In this document: positions 48,099 through 60,426 of the stretch, in pieces
Numbering within the stretch: position 1 is the stretch's first letter
How the letters are laid out: each line of letters opens with the position of its first letter
DNA from: Marmoricola sp.
GTDB lineage: Bacteria > Actinomycetota > Actinomycetes > Propionibacteriales > Nocardioidaceae
Length of the DNA stretch: 64,000 bases
Assembly (NCBI GenBank): GCA_041618295.1
Contig: JBFJNH010000011.1
Span: 2,317 to 66,316, forward strand
Direction: 5' to 3'
Made by a program: the position numbers and the translations under genes
The notes under the pieces: generated by a model
The model's input: the letters and a program-made list of their open reading frames with translations, nothing else
Databases searched by the model: none
What the model was told of the DNA's origin: nothing

Positions 48099-49823
48099 TC
48101 ACGGGACCGGCGCCACCCAGAGCAGCACGGTGCCGCTGCCGTCGCGTGCCGAGGCCACGGTGAACGACCCCTGCCGCCGAGCGGCGCGGACGGCGAGGTT
48201 GTCGAGCCCGCTGCGCCGGTCGGAGTCCCCGAGCCCGCGACCGTTGTCGGCGATCCGCAGCTCGATGCGTTCGGTCGACGCCGTCAGTGCGACGACGACC
48301 TCGTCGGCACCGGAGTGCCGGGCGACGTTCGTGAGTGCCTCGCGCAGCACCGCGACCAGGTCTTCGCTCAGCCCGTGGTCGACGACCGTGTCGACCGGAC
48401 CTGCGAACCTGACCTCCGGTTCGACGGTCAGTACCCCTTCCAGGCTGGCAACGACGTCGAGGACGGCCGCGCGCAACCCCGGTCCCTGGGGGCCGGTGCT
48501 GTCGCGGAGCTCGAAGATCGAGTTCCGGATCTGACGGATCGCGACGTCGAGGTCCCCCACGACCTGCTCGACGCGGTCGGCGCTGCCGCGGTCCGACATC
48601 CCGGCGGCGATGCTCTGGAGCGTGAGACCTGAGGCGAAGAGCTGTTGGATGACGTGGTCGTGGAGATCGCGGGCGATCCGGTCGCGATCCTCGAAGAGCC
48701 GCATCCGCTCCTTGGCGCGCTGAGCCTCCGAGAGCTCCAGCGCCACCGCCGCCTGGTTGGCGAACGAGGTGGCCATCTCCAAGTCGGCGGTGCTGAACCG
48801 CGGACCGTTCCCGAGGCGACCCACGACCAGCGCACCGGTTGCCGCCTCCCGCCCGGTCAGCGGCAGCACCATCGCCGGTCCGATCGGCAGCAGCGTGCGT
48901 AGGTACAGCGAACGTTCCGGCTGGTCCGCGGGACCGGTGACCAGGGCCGGCGACCCGGTCCGGAGCACCATCTCGGTCAGGGTTCCGGCCATCGGATAGC
49001 TCTGGCCCTCGAAGGTGTCCGCCTCCATGCCGACAGCGACCGCGATGGACAGGTGCTGCCCGCCACCGGCCGGCAGCACCAGCGTGACCACGTCGGCCCG
49101 AGCCAACCGGTGAACCTGCTCGGCGATGCTGCGCAGCGCCTCGACGCCCGGCGCGTTGACCATCCGTACCGCGGCCTCGGCGGCACCCGCCGACCACTCC
49201 TGGCGACGCTCGGCGTCCTCGTAGAGCCTGGCGTTCTCGATCGCCACGGCGGCGGTCGCCGCCAAGGCTGAGGCGAGCTCCACGTCGGAATCGGTGAAGT
49301 CACCGGTACGACGTTCGGTCAGGTACAGGTTGCCGAAGACCTCACCACGGATCGTGATCGGCACGCCGAGGAAGGTGCTCATCGGCGGGTGACCCGCCGG
49401 GAATCCCACCGAGCGCCGGTCGTCACCGAGGTCGTGGAGCCGGATCGGCACCGGATCCTCGATCAAGGCACCCAGGACCCCCTTGCCCTGCGGAAGGTCC
49501 CCGATCCGGTCGACGGTCTCCTGGTCGATCCCGACGTGGATGAACCGCTCCAAGCCGTGGCCGTCCGAGCTGAGCACCCCCAGCGCGCCGTAGCGCGCCT
49601 CCAGGAGCTCGCACGCGGCTTCCGCGATCCGCTGGAGCACGACGTCGAGGTCGAGGTTGGAGATGATGCTCTCGTTCGCTTTGAGCAGTCCGCGCAGGCG
49701 CTGGTGGGCGCTGCGGACGTCCTGCGCCCGGTCCACCAGCTGCGCGAGCAGCTGGTCGAGGTCCAGGGTGGGCGCGAACCCGTCGCCCAACCGGTCTGCG
49801 TCACCGACGCCCGATCCCTCCAT
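48099..49823 (-). CDS. DosS/DevS-like tandem-GAF sensor kinase (HisKA_3)
   Basis: [48 protein letters not shown]. Confidence 0.9.
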   Translation of the reverse strand: MEGSGVGDADRLGDGFAPTLDLDQLLAQLVDRAQDVRSAHQRLRGLLKANESIISNLDLDVVLQRIAEAACELLEARYGALGVLSSDGHGLERFIHVGIDQETVDRIGDLPQGKGVLGALIEDPVPIRLHDLGDDRRSVGFPAGHPPMSTFLGVPITIRGEVFGNLYLTERRTGDFTDSDVELASALAATAAVAIENARLYEDAERRQEWSAGAAEAAVRMVNAPGVEALRSIAEQVHRLARADVVTLVLPAGGGQHLSIAVAVGMEADTFEGQSYPMAGTLTEMVLRTGSPALVTGPADQPERSLYLRTLLPIGPAMVLPLTGREAATGALVVGRLGNGPRFSTADLEMATSFANQAAVALELSEAQRAKERMRLFEDRDRIARDLHDHVIQQLFASGLTLQSIAAGMSDRGSADRVEQVVGDLDVAIRQIRNSIFELRDSTGPQGPGLRAAVLDVVASLEGVLTVEPEVRFAGPVDTVVDHGLSEDLVAVLREALTNVARHSGADEVVVALTASTERIELRIADNGRGLGDSDRRSGLDNLAVRAARRQGSFTVASARDGSGTVLLWVAPVP

Positions 49824-49887
49824 GATCGTCAGGGTAGCGACTCACCCGCGCGTGCGCCGGACGAAGGGGGAAACGGGACGAAGTGGC

Positions 49888-50505
49888 TCAGTCCAGCCGT
49901 TCCCCCGAGCGCCGGGTCTGTGCCGGGAAGTAGACCCCGACCACCCCGGGGACGCTCGCGACGAGCACCTCCGCAACCGCGATGTCGCTGCGCTCAGCAG
50001 GGCCGGAGACGCTCACCACCCCGTCCACGACCTCGGTCGTCCAGTCGTAGCCGGCAGACCTGATCAGCTCATCCACAGCCGCCTCGATGTCACCGTCCCG
50101 CTCGGCAAGAACATGGACCAGGTCGCGACGACTGACCATCCCGACGACGCGGCTTCCCGAGACGACCGGAAGGCTCTTCGCGACCGTACTCACCATCAGC
50201 TCGGTGGCCTCGGCCAGGTCAGCATCCTCGCGGATGGTGAGGACGTGACGACTCATCACCTGCGCGACCCGGGACCGCGGCGGCCCGGCACTGACCTGGA
50301 CCGGGATCTCGTGGGCACGCTGGTCGGGGAGGAACGCCTCGAGAAGGACGTCCGCCTCGCTCACCACGCCGACCAGCTCGCCAGCGTCGTCGAGGACCGG
50401 CATCGAGGTGATCGCGTGCTGCGCGAGCAGCTCGACCGCACTCTTGATCGAGGTCTCCGGTGTGACCGTGACCACCGGGGTCGTCATCACCTCGCGTACC
50501 AGCAT
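49888..50505 (-). CDS. CBS-domain protein (possible C-terminal BON-like segment)
   Basis: VREVMTTPVVTV, MPVLDDAGELVGVVSEADVL, VGMVSRRDL. Confidence 0.87.
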   Translation of the reverse strand: MLVREVMTTPVVTVTPETSIKSAVELLAQHAITSMPVLDDAGELVGVVSEADVLLEAFLPDQRAHEIPVQVSAGPPRSRVAQVMSRHVLTIREDADLAEATELMVSTVAKSLPVVSGSRVVGMVSRRDLVHVLAERDGDIEAAVDELIRSAGYDWTTEVVDGVVSVSGPAERSDIAVAEVLVASVPGVVGVYFPAQTRRSGERLD

Positions 50506-50775
50506 GGTTCCTCCTCGGAGTCGTCGCGCACCTGCCGCGATCTCGGTAGGTCCAGTCTCGGATCGATGCACGGCGGCCGGCACCGCCGAAGGTCCCAGGA
50601 ATCGGCCCCATCGGACCTGATCCGCCGCGGGTTCACCGCGGACACGCCCGCCACGACGCCCCGACCGATGCCCCGACCGATGCCCGTGTGGACCCCGATC
50701 TCGGGACCAAGGACTCCTGATCCGCACCCGGCTCCGGAGCGAGGATCAGAGCATGACCAAGCAAGGAGGTGTGTC

Positions 50776-52862
<2,087 letters not shown>

Positions 52863-52868
52863 GACCCC

Positions 52869-53519
52869 TCAGCCCTTGTCGAGCAACCGCGAGGCGAGGA
52901 CCGCTGCCTGGGTGCGCCGTTCGACCCCGAGCTTGGACAGGACGTTGGACACGTAGTTCTTGACGGTCTTCTCGGCGAGGTACATCCGTTCGCCGATCTG
53001 GCGGTTGGTCAGACCCTCGGCGATGAACCCCAGCAGCTGGAGCTCCTGCTCGGTCAGCTCCGCAAGCTCCGGCGCCGTGGTGACCGGGTTGCGGACCCGG
53101 TCCAGCACCCGGGCGGTGAGGGCCGGGTCGATCAACGACTGACCCGCGGCGACCTGGCGGACCGCGGAGAGCAGCCCCGAGCTCCGGACCTCCTTGAGCA
53201 CGTAGCCGGCGGCACCGGCCATGATCGCGGAGAAGAGTGCCTCGTCGTCGTCGTACGAGGTCAGGATCAGCGCGTTGATCGTCGGGTCGACCGAGCGGAT
53301 CGTGCGGCACACGTCGATCCCGGAGCCGTCCGGCAGCCGGGCGTCGAGGATCGCCACGTCGGGACGCAGCGCCGGGATCCGGTTGGCCGCGTCGACGGCG
53401 GAGCCGGATTCACCGATGACCTCGATGTCGCCGGCCGCCTCGAGGAACGTCCGGATCCCTTGCCGGACGATCTCGTGGTCGTCGAGCAGGTAGACGCGTA
53501 TTTTCTTCGCTTCATCCAT
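52869..53519 (-). CDS. dosR: DosR/DevR-like LuxR-family response regulator
   Basis: LLDDHEIVRQG, LDARLPDGSG, LTSYDDDEAL, EKTVKNYVSNVLSKLGVERRTQAAV. Confidence 0.85.
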   Translation of the reverse strand: MDEAKKIRVYLLDDHEIVRQGIRTFLEAAGDIEVIGESGSAVDAANRIPALRPDVAILDARLPDGSGIDVCRTIRSVDPTINALILTSYDDDEALFSAIMAGAAGYVLKEVRSSGLLSAVRQVAAGQSLIDPALTARVLDRVRNPVTTAPELAELTEQELQLLGFIAEGLTNRQIGERMYLAEKTVKNYVSNVLSKLGVERRTQAAVLASRLLDKG

Positions 53520-56500
53520 GCTCACACTGTGCCAGGTCGGACCGAGCAGGGGCAGGACATCGGCCCAGGTCGAGGACCCGGTCGACCCGGTCCAGGCCCA
53601 CCGCGCTGTGCGAGATCCAGACCACGCTCCGGCCACGGGACGCCGAGAGCAGATCAGCGGCGACCCGATCCGCGGTCACCGTGTCCAGCTGGGCCACCGG
53701 TTCGTCGAGCACCAGGACCGGCTGGTCGGCGAGGATCGACCGTGCCAGACCCAGTCGGGACCGCTCGCCACCGGAGACCAGGTCGTGGCCGTCACCGATC
53801 CAGGTGTCCAGGGCGTCGGGCAACCCGTCGAGCCAGTCCCCGAGGTGGACCGCCCGGAGCGCGGCCTCGACCTCGGTGTCCGAGGCCTCCGGCCGGGCGA
53901 GGCGGACGTTCTCCACCAGAGTCGTGGCGAAGATGTGCGGGTCGTCCGAGACGTAGCCGACCTGTCCCCGGACGTCGTCGAGGAGCAGTGCGGGCAGCGC
54001 CTCCGAGCCGAGGCTGACCTGGCCGGAGACCGGGTCGACGAAACGGATCAGGGTCGCCGCGAGGGTGCTCTTGCCGCACCCGCTCGGCCCGACCACCCCG
54101 AGGGTCTCCCCCTCGGCAAGACGCAGGTCCAGGCCGCTGAGGACCGGACGTCCGTCCCACCCCAACGCGGCGCCGAGCAGCTCGACGTCGTGGGAGCCTG
54201 CCAGCGGCAACGGGGCTACCGGGTCCTGGACGGCTGGCGCCATCGTGTCGAACGCGGCCAACCTCTCCTCGGCGGCCTCGACCCGCTCGACAAGGGCGGC
54301 CGCCTCCACCACGCCGAGTCCCAGGTCGGCGAGGGCGACCGGGGTCAGCAGCAGCAGCGCGAGCATCGGCGCCGACAGGGTGCCGGCTTCGAGCGGACCC
54401 GCGCCGACGGCCGCAACGGCGCCCACCCCGGCAACGGCACCGACCCGGACGCAGGCCCGTGCCGCCGCTGTCATCGACGCCGCCCGACGCCCCGCCTGGG
54501 CGAGGGTGCTGCTGACGGCGTCCAGAGCGCCACGCACAGAGCCGTGCGCCTGCCACATCCGGAGCTCGTCGGCCCGCGCGGCCAGATCGAGCATCAGCGC
54601 CGAGAGCTCGCCCCGGGACGCGACCAGGGCTCGTTCGGGGGCCCGGGTTCCCAACCGGGCGACGAGGTACGCCGTCCCGACCGCGAGCACCGACGTCGCC
54701 GCGATCGCGGCCCCCGCGGCGGGAAGGACGATGGCGGCGACGAGCGCCACCAGGAGGGAGACGGCCGCGAAGGTCCGCAACGGAAGCCGGACCCGCAGCT
54801 CGCGGTCGGTGGCCGCGTCCACGTCGTCGACGACGGACGCCAGGACGTCTCCGCGGTGCCGCCCGAGCCGACCGGGCGTCAGCGGCACCAGGCTGCGGTA
54901 CACCGCGACCCGACGTTCGGCCAGGCCGCGCAGGGCGTTGTCGTGCGAGACCAGCCGCTCGGCGTACCGGAAGACCGGACGACCGAGGCCGAACGCCCTG
55001 ACCCCGACGATCGCGACCAGCAGCGTCAACGTCGCGGGCTGCTCCGCGGCCTTGACGATCAGCCAGCCGGCGGTTGCCGTCAGAGCCACCCCGCAGAACG
55101 CTGAGCAGATTCCCAGGACCGTGCTCAGTACGAACCGCGGCGGTGCCACGGGCGCCGGCGGCGAGTTCTCCGGAGCGGCCGCCGCACCGGCACCACCAGG
55201 TCCGGCGACCGGCGCGGACGCCGCGGGGTCAGCCGCGACGAGCGTCGGTGTCGCCGGGGGCGCCAGTTCCAGCACCCGGTCGGCGAGCGCGACGACCTCC
55301 GCGTCGTGGCTGACGACGACCACGCCGGCATCAACCGCCAGCGCGGCGATGACGTCGCCGATGATCCTCCGGGTGATCGGGTCCAGGTGCGCCGTCGGCT
55401 CGTCGAGCAGGACCCACGGGCGGCCGGCCAGGACCGCTCGCGCGAGCGCGAGGCGCGCCCGCTCCCCCGCGGACAGCAGCGCAGCGTCCTCGGTGACCTC
55501 GACGTCCAGACCGCCGAACGAACCGATCCGCTCAGCCAGGGCGACCGTCGTCAGCGCGTCCCAGAGGGCCTCGTCACTCGCCCCCGGGTCGGCGAGCCGC
55601 AGGTTGTCGGCCACGGTGCCGGGCACGAAGGTCGGTCGCTGCGGCACCCACGAGACCTGGGAACGCCATGCGTCGCCAGCAGCCGGGACCCCTCCGGAAC
55701 CGACGCTGCCGCTCGTCGGCTCGAGCAGACCGGCGAGCAGCGCCAGCAGCGTCGACTTGCCGCACCCGGACGGCCCGGTGACGACGGTCAGCGATCCGGG
55801 CGCCGCTGCGAAGCTGATCGGCCCGACCGCGGCCTGCGCGCGACCCGGGTAGGTGAAGGAGACCTCGTCGGCGATCACGAGTCGGTGCGAGGCTGGCCCC
55901 TCCGGGTCCACGGCCTCGGACCGCGGGCCGATCGCACTCAGGGCCTCGAAGGTGGCGATCCCCTCCGCGGAGGCGTGGAACTCGGCACCCACCCGGCGCA
56001 GCGGCCAGTACGCCTCGGGCGCGAGCAGCAGCACCACCAGGCCGGTTCCCAGGTCGAGGTTTCCCGCGGCGAGCCGGACTCCGATGACGACAGCGACCAG
56101 GGCCACCGACAGGGTCGCGACCAGCTCGAGGACTGCCGACGACGCGAAGGCCACCCGCAGCGTCCGGACCGTTGCCGCGCGGTAGCGGTCCGTGACCCGG
56201 CGGATGTTCGCCTCCTGGGCGACAGCACGGCGGAAGGCCACCAGCGTCGGCAGCCCCCGGAGGACGTCGACGAAGTGCCCGGACAGGGACGCCATGGCGC
56301 GCCACTGCTCGAGCGCACGGTCCCGGGTGGCCAGTCCGACCAGGGCGCCGAAGACAGGGATCAAGGGCAGGGTTGCCAGCACCAGGAACGCACTGAGCAG
56401 GTCCTGGCTGGCAATGGCCAGGACGGTCAGTACCGGCAGAACACCGGCCAGGACCAGCGCCGGCACGTACCGGGTGAGGTACGGCTCGGCTGCCGAGACA

Positions 56501-56850
56501 CCTCGCGTCGCCAGCGCGGTGAGCTCACCGTCCCCCAGGTCCGCCGCCCGCCCCTCCAGGACGGAGCGGGCGATGCGCGTGCGCATGTCCGCGCTGACCT
56601 GGGACGCCGCCCGCGCCGCAGCGACATCACCTGCCCAGCGGACGGCGGCATGCAGCAGGGCGGCCGCGAGGAGAACCGCCAGCGGCCGACCGACGTCGCC
56701 CCCACCGACAGCGGCGACGACCGCCGCGGCCAGCGCGAAAGCTTCGACGATGACGACCAGGCTGGCGACCACCCCGGCGCCGACGACCACGGTCAGGGGT
56801 CGGCGGGCGACCGCGAGCTGCGCCCGCATCCGGGGGTCACCCGGCCTCAT
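53512..56850 (-). CDS. cydDC: Fused CydD-CydC thiol/heme ABC exporter
   Basis: Two TM+NBD halves in one frame (GPSGCGKST twice; LSAGERARL, VSGGERSRL); LLLAPEAYWPLR; FRYAERLVSHD. Confidence 0.9.
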   Translation of the reverse strand: MRPGDPRMRAQLAVARRPLTVVVGAGVVASLVVIVEAFALAAAVVAAVGGGDVGRPLAVLLAAALLHAAVRWAGDVAAARAASQVSADMRTRIARSVLEGRAADLGDGELTALATRGVSAAEPYLTRYVPALVLAGVLPVLTVLAIASQDLLSAFLVLATLPLIPVFGALVGLATRDRALEQWRAMASLSGHFVDVLRGLPTLVAFRRAVAQEANIRRVTDRYRAATVRTLRVAFASSAVLELVATLSVALVAVVIGVRLAAGNLDLGTGLVVLLLAPEAYWPLRRVGAEFHASAEGIATFEALSAIGPRSEAVDPEGPASHRLVIADEVSFTYPGRAQAAVGPISFAAAPGSLTVVTGPSGCGKSTLLALLAGLLEPTSGSVGSGGVPAAGDAWRSQVSWVPQRPTFVPGTVADNLRLADPGASDEALWDALTTVALAERIGSFGGLDVEVTEDAALLSAGERARLALARAVLAGRPWVLLDEPTAHLDPITRRIIGDVIAALAVDAGVVVVSHDAEVVALADRVLELAPPATPTLVAADPAASAPVAGPGGAGAAAAPENSPPAPVAPPRFVLSTVLGICSAFCGVALTATAGWLIVKAAEQPATLTLLVAIVGVRAFGLGRPVFRYAERLVSHDNALRGLAERRVAVYRSLVPLTPGRLGRHRGDVLASVVDDVDAATDRELRVRLPLRTFAAVSLLVALVAAIVLPAAGAAIAATSVLAVGTAYLVARLGTRAPERALVASRGELSALMLDLAARADELRMWQAHGSVRGALDAVSSTLAQAGRRAASMTAAARACVRVGAVAGVGAVAAVGAGPLEAGTLSAPMLALLLLTPVALADLGLGVVEAAALVERVEAAEERLAAFDTMAPAVQDPVAPLPLAGSHDVELLGAALGWDGRPVLSGLDLRLAEGETLGVVGPSGCGKSTLAATLIRFVDPVSGQVSLGSEALPALLLDDVRGQVGYVSDDPHIFATTLVENVRLARPEASDTEVEAALRAVHLGDWLDGLPDALDTWIGDGHDLVSGGERSRLGLARSILADQPVLVLDEPVAQLDTVTADRVAADLLSASRGRSVVWISHSAVGLDRVDRVLDLGRCPAPARSDLAQCEHG

Positions 56851-57899
56851 CAGGCGTTCCCCGCGACTGTCTCCCGATGCGTTCCGGGCTCCGCAGGACC
56901 GGTGGCGCCGGGGATGTGGTGGGTGGCGATCCGCCGCCGGAAGACCCAGTAGGTCCAGCCCTGGTACCCGAGTACGACCGGCGTGAAGATCGCCGCGACG
57001 ATCGTCATGATCTTCAAGGTGTAGTCGGTCGCCGCCGCGGTGGTCGTCGTCAGGTCGACGCCGCCGCTCAAGCTGGTCGGCATCACGTCCGGGAACAGGG
57101 CCAGGAAGAGACCGGCCACGGCGAGCGCGATCGCGACGAAGGTGCCCGCGAACCCCCACCCTTCCCGTCCGCGTTCGATCGCGAACAGGCCGGCGAGCAG
57201 AGCGACCGCAGCGAGCACGAACGCGATCCCGGAGCTGAGGTCGCCGGTGTCCAGCTGGGTCCACAGCAGGAACCCGACCGCGGCCACCGCAGCGACCAGC
57301 CCGACGCCGCCGGCGATGGTGCGCGCCTGCCGGCGGATGTCGCCGTCGGTCTTCAGGGCCAGGAACATCGCACCGTGGGCCACGAAGAGCAGCAGCGTGG
57401 TCGCCCCGCCGAGGAGCGCGTACGGGTTCAGCAGGTTGAAGAACCCGCCGACGTACTCGCCGTCGGCGTCGATGGGGACACCGCGCAGGATGTTCGCGAA
57501 CGCAACTCCCCACAGCACCGCGGGAAGCAGCGAGCCGAAGAAGATCGCCTTGTCCCAGGCGGCGCGCCACCGGTCGTCGTCTCGCTTGGCGCGGTACTCG
57601 AAGGCCACGCCGCGGACGATGAGCGCGACCAGGATCAGCAGCAGCGGGAGGTAGAAGCCGCTGAACAGCGTGGCGTACCACTCGGGGAAGGCCGCGAAGG
57701 TCGCGCCGCCGGCGACCAGGACCCAGACCTCGTTACCGTCCCAGACCGGACCGATCGTGTTGATCAGGACGCGGCGTTCCGCCTCCGACCGGCCGAGGAC
57801 GGGAAGGAGGATGCCGACGCCGAAGTCGAAGCCTTCGAGGACGAAGTAGCCGATCCAGAGGACGGCGATGAGCGCGAACCAGACAGTCGTGAGCTCCAT
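56850..57899 (-). CDS. cydB: Cytochrome bd ubiquinol oxidase subunit II
   Basis: YFVLEGFDFGVG, GPVWDGNEVW, YQGWTYWVFR. Confidence 0.96.
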   Translation of the reverse strand: MELTTVWFALIAVLWIGYFVLEGFDFGVGILLPVLGRSEAERRVLINTIGPVWDGNEVWVLVAGGATFAAFPEWYATLFSGFYLPLLLILVALIVRGVAFEYRAKRDDDRWRAAWDKAIFFGSLLPAVLWGVAFANILRGVPIDADGEYVGGFFNLLNPYALLGGATTLLLFVAHGAMFLALKTDGDIRRQARTIAGGVGLVAAVAAVGFLLWTQLDTGDLSSGIAFVLAAVALLAGLFAIERGREGWGFAGTFVAIALAVAGLFLALFPDVMPTSLSGGVDLTTTTAAATDYTLKIMTIVAAIFTPVVLGYQGWTYWVFRRRIATHHIPGATGPAEPGTHRETVAGNA

Positions 57900-57923
57900 G
57901 ATGTTCTCCTGTGTCTTCCCGGC

Positions 57924-59360
57924 TCAGTAGGCGAACGCCAGGGGGCGGTCGGGGTCGGTGTCGGTCGGGTCGGGGACGACGGGATCCTGCTCCGCACCGG
58001 CCTTGACGTACTTGAGGATCAGCCCGACCTCGACGACCGCGAGCACCGCGTACACGGCGGTGAGCACGACCAGCGACGTCGCCGCCTCGAAGGTGCTCAC
58101 CCCGGGCGAGACAGCCCGCTCCGTCGTCATCAGGCCGAACACGGCCCACGGCTGCCGACCCATCTCGGTGAACAGCCACCCGAAGGTGTTGGCGAGCAGC
58201 GGCAGCAACGGCAGGCTGATCGCCACCCAGGTCCAGGTGCGACCGGACGGGGTCCGCTCCCGGCGGGTCAGGAACAGGATCATCGCGGCGAGCAGCGCGG
58301 CCAGGACACCGAGTCCGATCATCAACCGGAACGTCCAGTACGTGAGCGGGATGTACGGCGTGTAGTCCCCGGGCGAGTAGTACGCCGCCCCGGGATCGCT
58401 GCCGTAGGTCTCGCGGTACTTGGCGCGCAGGTCGTTGATGCCCTCGACCTCGCCGTCCGTCGACCCGGTGGCCAGGTAGGAGAGCAGATTCGGCACCTTG
58501 ATCGAGAACTTCTCCTCCTTGCCGTCGGGGGTACCGATGGTGACGAGCGAGAAGCCTGCGGAGCTCTCGGTCTCGTAGAGCGCCTCAGCGGCAGCCATCT
58601 TCATCGGCTGCACCTCGGTCATGATCTTGCCGGCGACATCACCCGAGACCGCCACGCCGAGGGCGGCGACCAGCATCACCGCGGCACCGGTGCGGATGCC
58701 GGTGCGGTAGACGTCCTGGTCCTCGGCGTTCCGCTTGCGCATCATCGACCAGAGGCTCACCCCGACCACGAAGGCCCCGGCTGTCATGTACGCCGCGATG
58801 ACCGTGTGCGGGAAGGTGACGAGCTGGACCTTGTTGAACATGACCGCCCAGAAGTCGTTCATCTCCGCCCGGCCGGTCTCCGGGTTGAACTCGTACCCCA
58901 CCGGGTTCTGCATCCACGAGTTGGCGGCCAGGATGAAGTACGACGAGAACAGGGTGCCGATGTGCACCAGCCAGATGCAGGAGACGTGCACCTTGGGTGT
59001 CAACCGGTCCCACCCGAAGATCCACAACCCGAGGAACGTGGATTCGAGGAAGAACGCCAGCAGACCCTCCACGGCCAGCGGGGCACCGAAGACGTCGCCG
59101 ACGAAACGGGAGTAGTCCGACCAGTTCATCCCGAACTGGAACTCCTGGACGATGCCGGTCACCACGCCGAGCGCGAAGTTGATCAGGAACAGCTTCCCGA
59201 AGAACTTGGTCAGCCGGAGCCATCGCTCGTTCCCGGTACGGACCCACGCCGTTTCGTACCCGGCGATCATCGCGGAAAGCCCGATCGTGATCGGAACGAA
59301 GAGGAAGTGGTACACGGTGGTGATGCCGAACTGCCATCGGGCGATGTCGAGGACGTCCAC
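57924..59360 (-). CDS. cydA: Cytochrome bd ubiquinol oxidase subunit I
   Basis: RWQFGITTVYHFLF, EFQFGMNW, QPMKMAAAE, EMGRQPW; GTG after AGGAG. Confidence 0.96.
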   Translation of the reverse strand: MDVLDIARWQFGITTVYHFLFVPITIGLSAMIAGYETAWVRTGNERWLRLTKFFGKLFLINFALGVVTGIVQEFQFGMNWSDYSRFVGDVFGAPLAVEGLLAFFLESTFLGLWIFGWDRLTPKVHVSCIWLVHIGTLFSSYFILAANSWMQNPVGYEFNPETGRAEMNDFWAVMFNKVQLVTFPHTVIAAYMTAGAFVVGVSLWSMMRKRNAEDQDVYRTGIRTGAAVMLVAALGVAVSGDVAGKIMTEVQPMKMAAAEALYETESSAGFSLVTIGTPDGKEEKFSIKVPNLLSYLATGSTDGEVEGINDLRAKYRETYGSDPGAAYYSPGDYTPYIPLTYWTFRLMIGLGVLAALLAAMILFLTRRERTPSGRTWTWVAISLPLLPLLANTFGWLFTEMGRQPWAVFGLMTTERAVSPGVSTFEAATSLVVLTAVYAVLAVVEVGLILKYVKAGAEQDPVVPDPTDTDPDRPLAFAY

Positions 59361-59394
59361 GATCAAACTCCTGGGTCAGGGGGAGGATGTCTCG

Positions 59395-59459
59395 ACGCTA
59401 GGGGCCCCGCCGGCGACCTCGACACGGCCGTTCGTCCCCGGTCGTAGGACCATCGGCCT
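59395..59459 (-). promoter_or_regulatory. -10 TAGCGT plus two DosR-like boxes upstream of cydA
   Basis: CGGCCGTTCGTCCC 59425 and AGGACCATCGGCCT 59446; -10 at 59395-59400. Confidence 0.65.
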
Positions 59460-59481
59460 ACGTCCGTGGGCCGGTCGACGC

Positions 59482-60426
59482 CTACCGCAGCAGGACTCCG
59501 TCACGCTCGAGCTCCAGGTCGATCACGCTCTCCGTTCCGACCCCGATCGGGCCGACCTCGAGGGGGCACCGGGAGGCACGCTGGAGGGCTCGCGGGACGC
59601 TGCTGAGGTGGGCCCAGTGACCGACACCGGAACGACGTCCGACGAGGACCACGGCGGCCTGAGTCGACGCCTGCAGCAGCGCGTCGACGGGACTCTCCTG
59701 GACGACCCGCACCTCCACGGCGACGTCGGGGACCGAGGAGCGGACCGCGGCCGTCGACCGGAGGATCCGTTCCCGGAGCTCCGTCGACCAGGCCTCCGCC
59801 TGCGACGTCGGCACCAGGTCCTCGTAGCCGGCGGGCACCTGCCAGGCGTGCAGGATCACCAGTGACCCGCCGGACCGACGGGCGTGCTCGAGCCCCCGGA
59901 TCAGCACCGCCGGGGCCACGCTCGGGTCTTCGAGCCCGACGACGACGTCCCGGTACGACGACCGGGGCCGCCAGTCACCGGGCACCACGGTCACCGGGGT
60001 CGGGGTGCGCTTGGTCACGCCCGCCACGACGCGCCCGGTGGCGTGGTGCCCTGCCACGAGCTTTCCCGGGTCCGGACTGACGCGTCGACCCAGGACGACG
60101 AGGACGGCGTCCCTCGCCGACTCCACCAGCACGGGTACAACGGCACCCTGCTGGAGGGTCGTCCGCACCTCGAGGGACGGTTCGGCGAGGCGCACGCGAC
60201 GGGTGAGGTCGAGCAGCAACGCGCTGCCGACGGCGTACGCCCGGTCCGGGGCAGCCGGACCCAACGGCGGCACCGGACCGAGCGTCGGCACCGCGTGCAC
60301 CAGGCGCAGCGGGGCACCCACCTCGACCGCGACCCCCAGCCCGTACTGGACGGCGCCGAGAACGGCCGGTGACCCGTCCACCCCGACGACGACCTCAGGT
60401 GCGAGCCTGGGGCCGTGGTCCGTCAT
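59482..60426 (-). CDS. Universal stress protein (tandem domains)
   Basis: VVVGVDGS, PTPVTVVP, RASRCPLEV. Confidence 0.85.
   Translation of the reverse strand: MTDHGPRLAPEVVVGVDGSPAVLGAVQYGLGVAVEVGAPLRLVHAVPTLGPVPPLGPAAPDRAYAVGSALLLDLTRRVRLAEPSLEVRTTLQQGAVVPVLVESARDAVLVVLGRRVSPDPGKLVAGHHATGRVVAGVTKRTPTPVTVVPGDWRPRSSYRDVVVGLEDPSVAPAVLIRGLEHARRSGGSLVILHAWQVPAGYEDLVPTSQAEAWSTELRERILRSTAAVRSSVPDVAVEVRVVQESPVDALLQASTQAAVVLVGRRSGVGHWAHLSSVPRALQRASRCPLEVGPIGVGTESVIDLELERDGVLLR

Noticed and set aside
49858-49888. Weak DosR-like half-sites upstream of the 49823 kinase
   Set aside because: Only one half matches and spacing to the -10 does not fit the 33-34 nt pattern
50658-50685. 12-bp tandem GCCCCGACCGAT x2
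   Set aside because: Two copies only; likely local slippage
53512-56850. CydD-CydC fusion as a novelty
   Set aside because: Fused cydDC is already known in actinomycetes such as Streptomyces
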